NCBI GenBank assembly: GCA_964276515.1
Contig: OZ193909.1
Span: forward strand, 17,236,001-17,300,000
Reading direction: 5' to 3'
DNA: 64,000 nucleotides
Source of the DNA: Gordius albopunctatus
Taxonomy: Eukaryota
The translations under genes were made by a program, and so were the position numbers. Below, one piece after another: positions 24,216 to 37,333 of this stretch (position 1 is its first letter; each line of letters opens with the position of its first letter). The notes beneath the pieces were generated by a model. That model made no database searches and was not told the origin of the DNA. It saw nothing but the letters and a program-made list of their open reading frames with translations.

Positions 24216-24718
24216 AAAATGATAAAAAAAGGGGCGGGGGTCAAATTACCTACCCCCATTCCCCCCCCTCCCCGGGTAAGAAAGAGTGTAAAAAATAGGG
24301 GGGGGGCAAAACACCCTCCTGACCCCCCCCCCTTCCCCCGCATCAAAAAGAGGGTAAAAAATAAGGGGCGGGGGCAAAACACCCACCATGCCCCCCCTTT
24401 CCTCCCCATCAAAAAGAGTGTAAAAAATAGGGGGGGGGGGGCAAAACACCCTCCTGACCCCCCCCCCCCTTTCCCCGCATCAGAAAGAGGGTAAAAAATA
24501 AGGGGGGGGGGCAAAACACCCTCCTGACCCCCCCCCCCCTTCCCCCGCATCAAAAAGAGGGTAAAAAATAAGGGGCGGGGGCAAAACACCCACCATGCCC
24601 CCCCTTTCCTCCCCATCAAAAAGAGTGTAAAAAATAGGGGGGGGGGGGCAAAACACCCACCATGCCTCCCCTTCCCCCGCATCAGAAAGAGGGTAAAAAA
24701 TAAGGGGGGGGGGCAAAT
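24216..24718. repeat. G-run/C-run minisatellite, about 60-bp units with a higher-order repeat
   Basis: About 8 units of aaaaatagggggggggcaaaacaccc...ccccttccccgcatcaaaaagag. A related reverse fragment lies at about 53875-53970. Confidence 0.9.
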
Positions 24719-25068
24719 CTTCACAAAAAATTTTTCATAAATAAAACATATAATGCATAATAATAATTAACTATAATTTACTAGAGATTAGATTATAATA
24801 CTTTTCACTATGACGTCACAATGGGAAAAGTTTCCAATCAGTGACGTCATGATACATCTATTTTTATTTTCTTAAATTAAAAGTTCATTACCTAAATCTA
24901 TTTATTATTTCGAAATAGTATTCATAATTATAACGTAACAACATGATTATTTTATCTTCCATAAAATGTTATAATATAGAATAGATATTAATATTTCATC
25001 AATTAAAATATTTTAAATGTATTTATATTTCAAACTATTACTCATAATTTTTTAGCCTTTTAGCTAAA

Positions 25069-27124
25069 ATGAATAAGGAGATCGTTGTTGTCCCTGGCAA
25101 AAATTGGAATGAAAAGTGTCAAAACGCATTGAAAGATGAGCTTTTGATAGATGTCCATTTTTTGGTATGTTTTGATTATATTAATTTTTTTATCTTTTAT
25201 AGTTTGAAGAAGATGGCAAAGCTGTAACTCACAAGGCTCACAAGTTTTTATTAGCAATGAGTAGTCCCGTATTTCACGCAATGTTTTATGGGCTTACATC
25301 TGTTTCTAAACCCGCGGAAGAGATTACTGTTGTGTCAATTGAAGATATTTCTTCCCAAATTTTTGCTATCTTATTGGAGTAAATTAAATATTATAATAAT
25401 TAATTTTATCACCATAATTTCGTGATTCTTTATTTATTGTGCCAATTTAGTTTTATATACCACCAGGATAAATTAGTGAACATGAACATTGGTAATTTGG
25501 AAGGCTTAGAACGTGCCCAATTTTTAAACGACCTTTTATATGCTGCAAAGAAATATATGTTAGATGACATTAGAAGAGTAATTGGGAATAAAATAGATTC
25601 CGAAATAGTGTTAATAAACGCTTATTATCTTTTGCGTCAAGGAAAATTATTTCACGATGAAATTAGTTGCAGTACATGCTGGAAGGTATAAAAAATTATA
25701 ACACAAATACTTTGATCTAACTATTTTCTATAATTAATTAAATCAATAATGATTAAAAACTTGTAGGGGAAACCGAGGATAGAAGAGCCATATAAAATTA
25801 AAAATATATTTTTTTTAATTTTCCGCTAGAATATATTTTCACGATGTATTTTTAATCTAGGCAAAATATTATAAAACTTTTTATATATTTCTTCCATAAA
25901 TTGGGTTAAAAAGTCAAAATCCCCAGGTAATTCATATTCTTATTTAAGGGATAGAATGACCTTAATGTTTCCACTTTATTTTTATAAATGATTATTTTAC
26001 TATAAAAAGATAAAAATAATATAGGTTATATTTTACGGATTACAACTAAATATAACATGACATGGGGGTAGCCAAGGGGGGCAGGGATGGGGGGCTGCCC
26101 CCCTCTAAATCTAAAAAAATGTTGAAATTTATTAAAATTATAGGTCCAAATTTGAAAAAATGTTCATTTTGCCCCTCCCTAAATGATTATTGCCCACTCT
26201 AATTCCAAAGCTGGCTATGCCCATGTAACATGAGTTAAGATGACAACCTGATTTGTGTGAAAAATTTATTACTTGTAGGTATTGTGGGAAAATGGTGAAA
26301 AATATATTAAAACTGATTCATTCTTGAATATGACGGCAGAAGATTTATTGAGTTTTCTGATCGCCGATGACTTGATTGCACAAGATATTGATTTATTTCA
26401 AGCCGTACTAAAATGGGCTAATTATAACATTAAAAAAGGAGACGAAATCATCACGCCCAACCATATCAGAACATTCTTAGGCGAGGATATTATCAAAGCT
26501 ATTAGGTATCCGCTCATTAGTGTAAACGACTTTAAAGATATAATCGTTAAATCTGGCATACTTAATCAAGAAGAAATAATAGAAGTCCTTTTTTCTTATT
26601 TTGGAAAAAGTGAATCGAATAAATTAAGCAAATTTATTACCAAGTCTCGAAAGCGAAACGTGGAATCATCTATTTTTGTTACTGTAACTTACAATCAGGG
26701 AAGGTTATATTCATATTCCCCACAAGATTACTTTTCGATTCAAAGTCATGCATTGGTGAGTATAAAAATTCATGGCATCTACATACTAACTCCTTGGACC
26801 TCATCATCAGACTATCATTCAAATTATGGTTCTAGAACTAATTATGTGATTGAGTTATATGATCAAAAGGAAGATCTTTTAACTTCCGCCATTTTACAAC
26901 ATGGTTCTTATAATAACAGCGAATCCTATGTTAGAGTGAATTTTATAAATCCTGTACTCATTGAATTTAATGGGCAAACGAAGTGGTTCAAAGTGCAAAC
27001 TAGTTCGCCAATAACATCTCTCTATACAATTGAATCTTGTCATAGCATACAATTTGGATCGGCAGTTTTTAGTCTAAATGTCGCTAGGCCTAATAAATAC
27101 TTATGCGGAATAATTTTGGAATAA
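25069..27124 (+). CDS. BTB/POZ-BACK domain protein (BTBD1/2/3/6-like N-terminus)
   Basis: Exons 25069-25164, 25203-25378, 25451-25685 and 26279-27124 are in phase. Motifs DVHFL, AHKFLLAMSSPVFHAMFYG, LLYAAKKYML, DLFQAVLKWA, IRYPLIS. Confidence 0.9.
26061..26225. mobile_element. hAT-type MITE in BTB gene intron 3
   Basis: TIR catgggggtagcc / ggctatgcccatg; perfect TSD taacatga. Confidence 0.85.
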
Positions 27125-29091
27125 ATCAAAGAGTGAAGGAAAATATGCAATGTTGATCTTAAAAAATTGGAAATAAAAAATTGTATTTCATTACTGTCAA
27201 ATAGATCCAATTATTATTGAGAAATTATTGAATAAAAATGCTTTAGTTATAAGAAGCGATTATAATTTTTAAATGTTTTAAAGCACACAATCTCCACTTG
27301 TTGCCATATCAGGGTTTTAAACTAAACAACATGGCCTGATTAGTCTAAATTAATTTAAATTTTACTTAAATAATATAATTCTTTATGTCAGGATTAACTT
27401 GAAATAATATAAATTAATTGCGACTCTCCCTGTTAAAAAATGTTGCTAGATTCAAGTTACAAAATCTTTGCTGACTTATAATTGAATTACATACCATGAT
27501 AGAGTATATTTCATTCTTGTGACCCCCTAGGTAAACGGGGTCTTAACTAAACAAACATCAGTTAAATAATAAATTTTTTGCATAAAATTTCTCACTTCTT
27601 TAAATATTTAGTCTTATTAATGTGTTAATGGTAAGCAATCGAAACACATAAAATCTTTAATGTAAAGAAATCTAAAGAAGAATATTCTTTACTTTTATAG
27701 GCACGTAGCCGGAATTTTCTCAAGGGGGTGGGAAAAGATTTTAAAATTTATTTTCTAAATTTTATTAATAATATAATAAAGATGAGCGATCAAAAAAATC
27801 CGACCCATTCTGCCCATGGGCCGCGTCATCGTCTTAAGGTTAAATTTTCTGGTGGGCCCGAGCGGGACCTCAACAAGATTCGAGCAACTCGGGCCTATTA
27901 AGATTTTTATAAAATGTATTATATTTTGGGGTATTAATTTGCCTTTTTTCTGATCGTATATAATTTAATAGTCGTATTTGTCATCTTAAAAAAACGAAGA
28001 TTAAATCTATAATTTTTCGTAAATATAACAAAATTACTGCTAAAATTTTTAGAAATCAGGCAGTTTGAGCAGCTTTAATAAGTCGTACATGGCAGGGAGG
28101 ACTCTAGTAGGCCCTGGCGGGTAATTTAGTTTTTAAATCGGACCTGGCCAGGTTCAAGTTCATTTTTTTCAAAAATCTGGCTTCTAAAAGGATATGAATT
28201 CTGTGTATAAAATATAAAATGCTATAAAAAATTGACATCATAAAGCGAGGTTGATTTATTTTTTATTTATAATTTCCCCCGAGGTGGGAACTATTAAATT
28301 GTTAATAATACCAATCCATATTATCGATGCACTTAATGGGGAGTCCAAAAGGTTTATTTATATTACGCAGTGACTTTAATAACATTTTATAAGTTGTTAT
28401 GGTGTCGACGAGAGGATTCTTGGGACGACAGGTCTCTGAAGTTTGAGACAAAGCCATGAATTATAAGACATCTTATTTTAGTTGATGTTTGTGTCATTTA
28501 AATCACTTCAGTGCCAAAGTAAATTCCTGAATTTCTGGCACAATAATTGGCGGATCTTCAAGTTAGTTAAAACTTATTTTTATCGAAAACGAAGGATTCG
28601 ATCAAGGAGATTAAAATTGCTGATTTATATAAAGCTTAATGGATGTTGTGAAAATAAGTACGAAAGGTTGCCTCATCTAAGTTAAGAGTCAATATTAAAA
28701 TTTTGCTTTGACTTTCGAAGGATGTATAGCTGAAAAATTTATCAATATATGAAAGGTAAATCCTTAGGAAACTACACCTACAATTTTTAAAAAACATAGT
28801 GTGAGAGGGCCAGGTAATATTGTGGGGAAGTTGCTCGATTAAATTTTTTTGACAAATGAACAAGTGAATTAGGAAAAATGAAATTAATGATAATAACTCT
28901 TTTTATCGAAATAAAAGAAAAAGTATCCATTAACTTTTAGAGCAATTATAAGTTTCTTAGTCTTTTATGCAGCTAAATCCTCTTAATTCATTAATTTATT
29001 CATTTTTTTAAATTTTTTGCTAGGGGGGGGGGATTCGCGCCCCCCCCCCTTTGCTACGCGCATGCGGTCGAGGTAATGGGCTACAAAAACT

Positions 29092-31971
29092 CTCTTCTTC
29101 TTCGGTATCAGTTATTTGGTCCCACATTGGTGGGGTTTGTTTTGATGAGTCTCTTCCATTAACTTTATCGACTTGCCCTTTCCACGTGACACGGGGTCGT
29201 CCTCTTCCTCTCTTCCCCGGTATTTTCATGTCTAGCACTTTTCGATTTACGTCATCCGGGTCCCTTCTTAGTATATGCCCATACCACCTTAGCCGATTTT
29301 CGTTAATCATGTCCGCCATAGGTTGAATACCCATTTTTGTCATGAGAAAGTCATTCGTCATATGGTCGAGCTTAGTATACCCCAAGCTCCACCGTATCAT
29401 TCTCATCTCCGTGGCTTGTAATAGCTTTCCTTCCCTGGTGTTTAATGCCCATGTTTGACTTCCATAGAGTAACACCGGTCTTACGATGGATTTGTAAGCT
29501 TTGCTCTTCAACCATATTGGCATTTTCCTGTCGCACATTACACCGGATATACTTCGCCATTTAAGCCATCCTTTTTGGATCCGGGCATTGACTTCTGTTG
29601 TGCAACCTCCCTCTTGATGTAACATCGAGCCGAGGTATGTGAACCTGTCTACTTTTGGGTACTTTAGATGGTCATCCAGCGATGGGGTGCCTGTACCATT
29701 CATTTCCATTTATACCGTTTTTCGATCGTTGACCTTTAAACCATATCCAGCTAAGCGCTTTGACCACTTTTCTGCTTCTTCGAATACCTTCTCCCTTGTT
29801 TCCTCTCATAGTACTATATCATCGGCATATAGCATACACCATGGCGATGGCTTTTGAAAGTCCCTCGTTATCGTGTCTATAATTATATTAAATAAAAAAG
29901 GACTTAAAGCAGAGCCTTGATGTAATCCAATATTAACCCGAAAAGGTTTAGAGTCTCCAACTGTCGTCCTAACGCAGAGTTTGAGGCTTCATAGATATTT
30001 TTCATAAGCCGTATATATGCGTCAGGGATATTTTGTTTCCTCAGGCACCACCATATTAAATCGCGGGGGACCGTGTCCTAAGCTTTCTCCAAGTCGATAA
30101 AAACCATATGTAGGTCTTTCCTCTTTTCACCATACTTTTCCATCATTTGTCTTAGGGCGAAGATTGGGTCGATTGTGGATTTGCCGGCCACGAATCCGAA
30201 TTGATTAGCCGATATTTCCACCTCGTTTTTCAGCCTTGTTACTAAGATCCTTTCCAAAAGCTTCAAGGAGTGGCAAGTTAGCTTGATACCTCTGTAATTG
30301 CCGCAGTCCTGAGGGTCTCCTTTCCCTTTGAATAAGGGTATAATCGTGCTTGCTCTCCATTGATTAGGGATTCGCTCTTTTACCAATATCTTGTTAAGGA
30401 AGTTCGTCATGGTGGTGACTCCTTCTTCACGACATCCGAGCAATAATGCTTCCATAGGTATTCCATCTGGGCCATTTACTTTTCCTTTTTGCATCTTGTT
30501 CATTTGTGTCCTAACTTCATCCTCCTGAAAGAGTTCGACCATACTTATATTTGGTTCAATTTCGGGAAGGGAATCCTTGTCATTTGCAATATTCATAAGT
30601 TTCTTAAAATATCCTTCCCACCTTTCCATCACTTCCTTCGGCTTGAATAAGGTTTGACCCTTCTCGCTTTTGACTATTTTAAGAACTCCGACATCTCGAC
30701 TTTTCTTCTCCCTTATCTTGGCCAATTTGTACATAAGCCTATCGCCCCCTTTATGATCCAGTTTGTTTGCCATCTCGGTGTACGCAGCATTCTTCGCTTT
30801 TGCAACGGCCTTTTTTGCGGCCCTCTTTTCGTGCCTGTACTCTTGATAATCCTCCGACTTTTTTGATTTATGCCACCGTCTATATAGATTTTTCTTTATT
30901 TCGATGAAATCTTTAACCGATTGATCCCACCACCATAGTTCCGTACCCTATTCATAGCTTTGCCTCCTTTGGTCTGTCCTAGAACACGAATCGCTGTTTC
31001 CTTAATGTCCTTAGATAGCGTTTCCCAATCTTCGTCTACGTCCCTTTGCAACTTCCTTGCACCCAAGAGTGAGGAGGCTTTTTGATGGTATTATTCGTTC
31101 GTCGACGTATTCTTTAGCCTTTCGTATCGAATTCGAGGTTCATATACCTTTCTTCTTTCGGGAAATACTCTTCTGTCAAGATCCATAACAAGGGGACGAT
31201 GTTGCCTGGCGATTTCTTCTCCCGGTATTACTTTGCAATCTTTGATACTCCATAAGACCTTTCGCCGTATAAGCAAATAGTCGATTTGACTAAAATGCTT
31301 CCCACTTCTATAGGTCACAATATGATCTTCGCGCTTTTGAAAATAGGTGTTAACGATCGCCATGTCATATGCTTGGGATACTTGGAGAAGTTTTTCCCCT
31401 TCTTTGTTCTTCAGACCATGCCCATAGCCACAATGATTGCGTTCATACCCGAGGCGATCTTTCCCTACGTGAGCGTTGAAATCGGCCCCAATAATTAGCC
31501 TTTCTTCCTGTCGGATTCCTTGTATTTCCTTTTCCAATGATTCGAAGAATATGTCTTTCTCTGATTCCGAACACCCAATTTGGGGAGCATACGCGCACAT
31601 AACGGTTAGGAGGCCCCCTTGATCCACAATCTTCACCCACATTACCCTGTCGTAACAACGTTTGACTTCCACTGAACGATTCGCTTAGAACGATACCGAC
31701 CCCGTTTCTACGATTTGGTGACCCACTGTAGAAAAGCTTGTATCCTTCTCCTAATTCCCGAGCTTTCGTTCCGTTCCACCTCGTCTCTTGTAGGCAGGCG
31801 ATGTGTACCTTTCTTCTTTTTAACATCTGTGCGACCTCGATGCTCTTCCCCGTCAACGTTCCCACATTCCAGCACGTAATTCGCATTCTTTCCACAACTA
31901 GTTTCCTTAACCGCCTTCGTTGTGAGTTGGGCAGTAACCCTAGTGTATTTTTCACATTGCACGGGCGGGGT
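29092..31971 (-). mobile_element. RTE LINE (family B), frameshifted; its 5' end runs into the gap
   Basis: APE/RT ORF pieces at 31443-31955, 31091-31672, 30078-30773 and 29020-29709; (GAA)n tail at about 29092-29103. Confidence 0.93.
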
Positions 31972-32171
31972 NNNNNNNNNNNNNNNNNNNNNNNNNNNNN
32001 NNNNNNNNNNNNNNNNNNNNNNNNNNNNNNNNNNNNNNNNNNNNNNNNNNNNNNNNNNNNNNNNNNNNNNNNNNNNNNNNNNNNNNNNNNNNNNNNNNNN
32101 NNNNNNNNNNNNNNNNNNNNNNNNNNNNNNNNNNNNNNNNNNNNNNNNNNNNNNNNNNNNNNNNNNNNNNN
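31972..32171. other. Assembly gap (200 N)
   Basis: Run of exactly 200 N. Confidence 1.
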
Positions 32172-34194
32172 TTTAAATTATATAAGAAATTAAATATTGA
32201 GATTAGTAGTTGCGTTTGTGTTAGTTCCTTCCATACATCGTTTACATATCCTCTGTACACTGTACTGTTGATTAATAATGAGTTTTTATGTGGGTTGAGG
32301 CCAAAGAATAGCAAAATATTTTAATTACTAACGTTAAATACGGAAAAAAGGTCTTGGCGACCTTTTTTTTTTTTTGCTCTCACTTAGTCTCGGCGATTTT
32401 TTTTGCTTGCCCCCCCCCCCCTGATCCGAAAGCTGGCTACGCCCATGAATGTTCTGTTAATATTATTTAAGTAAACAAACCACATATAAATAGATGTTAG
32501 ATTTTATAAATCACTTTATCCTTTGCATTTTCGCATTGAGATTTGTTTTTCAAATTCAAATGAGCATAGAGGTGGACTAAGATTGGTGTAGTTATGTTTA
32601 GTCGACTTAAACCAAAAGGCGACTTAACGAAACATAGGTCTCTTTACAACACTATTGTCAAATATTTTTCTTTTAACTTTGAATTTTTTTCTTCCCCCTC
32701 CAAAGAAATTAATAAATTTTAAAACAAAAACATTAACATTTATACTTTTTTCCAATAATCTTAAATGCTTATTTTAATATTTTATTTTTTCAAACTAATA
32801 TAAGTAAATAACATTTAAAATTAAGATATATACATACCATAGATAATTTTTGTATTATATTTTTGGTCAAAGGAAATATGATTGCAAGTTTATTTTGTCA
32901 TTGAAGTAATAAGCATTTGAGTTAAGTTCAAACCAAAGAAATATCCTCTAATCAAAAAAAATATTTTCTTTCCTTGGAATACTTAATGAGATCATCTATA
33001 AATTATTTAAAAAGACATGATGAATATTTTATACTATGATATGATTAATTATATTCGTGTGGCATTAGGCCAATGTTTAGGAATTTTTATTACCGTGGCA
33101 ATGATTTGCCCTTTTTGATTTGTAAAATTAAAATTACCCTTGGATTAATTATTTGGATTTTATGATCTCGTTTGGTTGTTCAAGGCCATGCGTTTATTAA
33201 TAGATGGTAGAATCACGATGATTGTTAATTTCGCTATTTGTTAATTTATGGTTAGCTTCGCTGTTTATTACTATTGATGCGTCATCTTTGTTTACACCTA
33301 ATCTGATTACCTCATCCATGATCTCCATAACTGTGTATTTATCATTATTGTTACTACTTCACGGTTTATTATTATTATTTGTGCGGTATCGTTATTTACG
33401 TCTAAGCTGATTACCTCATCATCATTATTATTTTTACTTTAAAAAAAGGATTGTTAGTGTAAATCTTCTTTATTTAGGACAGATAAATTGTCATATCGGA
33501 AAGCCCTCATTCATTAATTGGGATATAGGACATTTCATTCTTTACAATATAAAAATATGTAGTATTCAAATCTAACATGTTTTATCTTAAAAAAGTATTA
33601 AATTATAAGATCGGATAAATATGTGCGTTTATTTCTTTGGTCGAAATATGGGAATAAATAATAAGATAAATATAATAAACGTCATGATGGTAAACTTTTA
33701 CAGGCCATAAAGTGTAAAATGGTGTAAAAAAATATTATTTTATTACATTTGCCCTATTCTATACTATTAAGAAGATCGTTCAAGTGTTTTATGTATATAT
33801 TTGGAATGATGACTTCACTCTTCCTCTGATATTTATGGATTAGGGCTGCTTTGTTTTTTGTGGATCAAGTAAAGATGAGTATATAATAAGAAAAGGGACC
33901 GAAAATGATAAACGTGATTTTAATGAATTTTAACAAATTTTTGGATTTAGAGGGGGGGGGCAGCCGCCCCTCCCTGCCGTCCCCTGCCTTCGCTACGCCC
34001 ATGCGGTCTGTCATTATTAGGGACATGACTATCTTTGGGACTTTTATTGATCCAAACCGTGTTTTTTAAGGCTACAGTGATTTAAAACAGATATTAGATT
34101 AAAATAATGCATCCACTTAATTAAAGTTAATCAATTTGTACTCTGCTCTAATTAAAATCGAACTGGATTCTTTAATTATCCCCACCCTCCCTAT

Positions 34195-34332
34195 CATGGG
34201 CGTGGCGAAGGGGTGGCAGAAAGGAGCGGCTGCCCCCCCCCCCTCTAAATCCTAAAATGCTTTAAATATTAATAAAATTAGGGTTAATTTTGCCCATGCC
34301 CCTCTCTAAATATAATCCTGGCTACGCCCATG
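34195..34332. mobile_element. hAT-type MITE
   Basis: TIR catgggcgtggc / gctacgcccatg; TSD ctccctat / cttcctat. Confidence 0.8.
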
Positions 34333-35627
34333 CTTCCTATACTAATTTATGTCTTTAAAATAGAATGGATTTTGCCGTTTATAACTGTAGACAAGGGGGC
34401 CTGGCAGGGAACTATTTCATAAATTTTCAATACAAAACCCTTAAAAATAATAAAAAATTATGTTTTGCCCCCCCCCCCCCAATCTAAAACCTGGCTAGGC
34501 CCATGGGAAATTATATTTTAAATTCCTAAAAAAAACCACCATTTTGCTCCTAAAGTTTAAATGATTAAGTAGTAACACCGTCTACTCGATTAATATGCAA
34601 AATGTGTGTCGTAATCAGAAATTGTCCAAGTCGCCGCCTCACTGATTACACCTAAGCCTATATGAAGAGTTTTGCTAATTATAACGAAATTTCTCATTAG
34701 AACCAGTCATTGTTATTCTACTATTTACCACTACTTTCCCATCCATGTTGGCACGTTCTCAATTCCCATGATAAATATTTGTTGAATGAGGTTTTAGGAA
34801 ATAAGAAGTGGGTTATTGAGTAGCAATCAGTAGCTAGGGGCGTGGGATTATAGGGGGGGGGGGCAGCTGCCTCTCACTGCCCCCCTCCGGCTACCCCAAC
34901 GCTTAGTTATATACTGACTAAACAACTAAAATCCATTTAATTTTATGAATAGAAACCATAGCAGACCGGACAGGTCTTACAAAAAAATATCTTATTTTTA
35001 AACAAACCTCTGGCTAAAATATAGTAATCCCCTAATTATTAAACTTTTAGGACCCCCCCCCTCTAATATAGATCCTGGCTACGCCCATGCTTGTACTTAA
35101 CACACGTAAAATTATAACTTTTCGATTAAATCAATATTTATTTAGGGGTTAGAGACACACTTATTCGGTTAAAAGATCTTGTCCCACTGAAAAAATGTTT
35201 ATAAGCATTAATGTTCCTGCGAATAAATCTCTTGAGAGATATAACTTATTCATAGTAATAACGATTTCAAAATTAGACTTTTGAATAGCTAGAGTTTACC
35301 AACTCGTCTATAAATTATGTAAAGTTTTTTTTGCATTAATTATCATCAACCTAAATATATGTATAAAGGGAGCTAGAGACCTAAAGTCTCTACATGACAA
35401 ACATTAGGATAAGAAGGAAGAGAATAAAGATGTTATGTCGATGGAATATTTAATTTGTCACCGGCTAGTAGACATCGGGAGTGTGGCATCATGATGTGTA
35501 ATAGTACTAATTATTTTGCTTCAGCCACCCTTAGTCGATAGGTGACTTGCTTCTAGGTGTGACTTTGTAGAGTTTAATAAAATTTGCTTACATTTACTAA
35601 TAAGGGTCGCTTTGAAATATATTATAA

Positions 35628-35748
35628 CATGGGCGTATCCAGGGGGGGGGCAGTAAGGGGCGGCTGCCCCCCTTTAAATCCCAAAATTATGGGTAAAATT
35701 ATTATTGCCCCCCCCCCCCCCATAATCCCAATGCAGGCTGCGCCCATG
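35628..35748. mobile_element. hAT-type MITE
   Basis: TIR catgggcgtatcc / ggctgcgcccatg; perfect TSD tattataa. Confidence 0.85.
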
Positions 35749-37333
35749 TATTATAAATTATAATTCGAACCGTAGCTTGGCCGCCTTTAAGTTATGTATG
35801 GACATTAGGTTTCAATAGTTTAAGACTTCTAAGTTAAAATTCGTAAAAGTTTTTTTTTTGAAAACATTGGGACTAATCTAATTTTCGTTTCAGCCTTTGA
35901 AATTCGAACTTATACAATTGTAAAGGCCAAAGTTGAAACACATTATTTCTAGAAGTTATGTCATGATGGCTCTTTTCAATTTGAATTATTAAGAAAAAGG
36001 ATTTTTAATTCAATTATGGAAATGGAAGAACGACGTTTAAAAATAGATATACATACGAAAGAGAGGTCCTACGTGTTACCTGTAATTATATCAGCTAGGT
36101 TTAACAAGGTGTGAAAGATGATAATTAAATTAATCCATGCAAGGCATTGTAGCCATTAGAAAATTTTGATATTGATTTTTTTTACAGAAACAAAATTCTT
36201 ACAGATGTTTTCCGTGGGATTTTGACGAATTCAGACATCTCTTTTTGAAATTAATATAAAAAATTAATTATTTAATGTTAAATTTAATGCAAATTGTAAA
36301 AAATCTATTCCACAATATTCGACATTAAACACATTTTTCTATTCGTTGCTTATATACCAAGTTAACTACAAATTTTACCGATTTTATAAGCATGAATTTG
36401 AGCTTAGTCAGGATTTAAATTGGACTAAAAAACATGGGAGTAATCTATGGAGGGGCATAATTCGCCCTGGCTAGTCCCATGTAAATTATAACCATGAATA
36501 TCAAAAAATATATTAATAAATGTTTTTTAATGAAATTTTAATTCGAATTATAATAAAATTTAAATATTTTTAAATTTTTATTTCATATTGGAGTATCTTT
36601 TTTCCTGATATAATATCTTAACCTACAATTTTTTGGTAGTAGAAAGTTTACATTAATCAATCCAATCTATCATTGAAAAGACCTAAATTAGGGTTAAAAG
36701 TTTTCTTTTGAGTTATTATTCTGTTAATCTAACACTAAAGACTTTATCCATTAGAAATTTGAAATTTATAAAATGATGAGGTAAACGCATGTTGACACCG
36801 ATTTTTCATCGCATTTGACTTTAAAATTTAAACTCTGCTTTTATTTAAAATCATCTTAAATATTTTTTAATTTAATTTATTCTAGTTTAAATCAAAATTG
36901 CTATATTTTAATTAATTTTTAATTTCTCTCTCGCTATCTAACTTATGCATAGCATATATAATATTTATTTGAACATAAGCTTCAAAGAATGATAAGGCAT
37001 AAATTGATATAATAGTATAGTAGCTATAAAAAGTATATTATTAACTCTCGGTTTATTCTTTTATAATTTTGAGCGATGGGCGGGCGGCTTAACTGTATTA
37101 GGGGAATTATCGATTCAATAGCTAACTCTATACATTACATACGTAGCCCCCCCCCTTACATTTATATATGTTTTTTCCCCTATTTTACCTCGGAAAAAAT
37201 AGGTTGTTAAATGTTTTTAAGAACTTTTACCCGCTAAAATAAAAGAAAAAAATTGACGAAAATTCCAAATTTTTTAATATAAAATTAATTATAACCTAAT
37301 TTTCCGTGTTTTTTAGCCTTAAAAACTTTCAAA

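Noticed and set aside
24144..24724. Pro/Gly-rich ORFs on both strands
   Set aside because: Translations of the G/C minisatellite.
31738..32314. ORFs spanning the N run
   Set aside because: Artefacts of the assembly gap.
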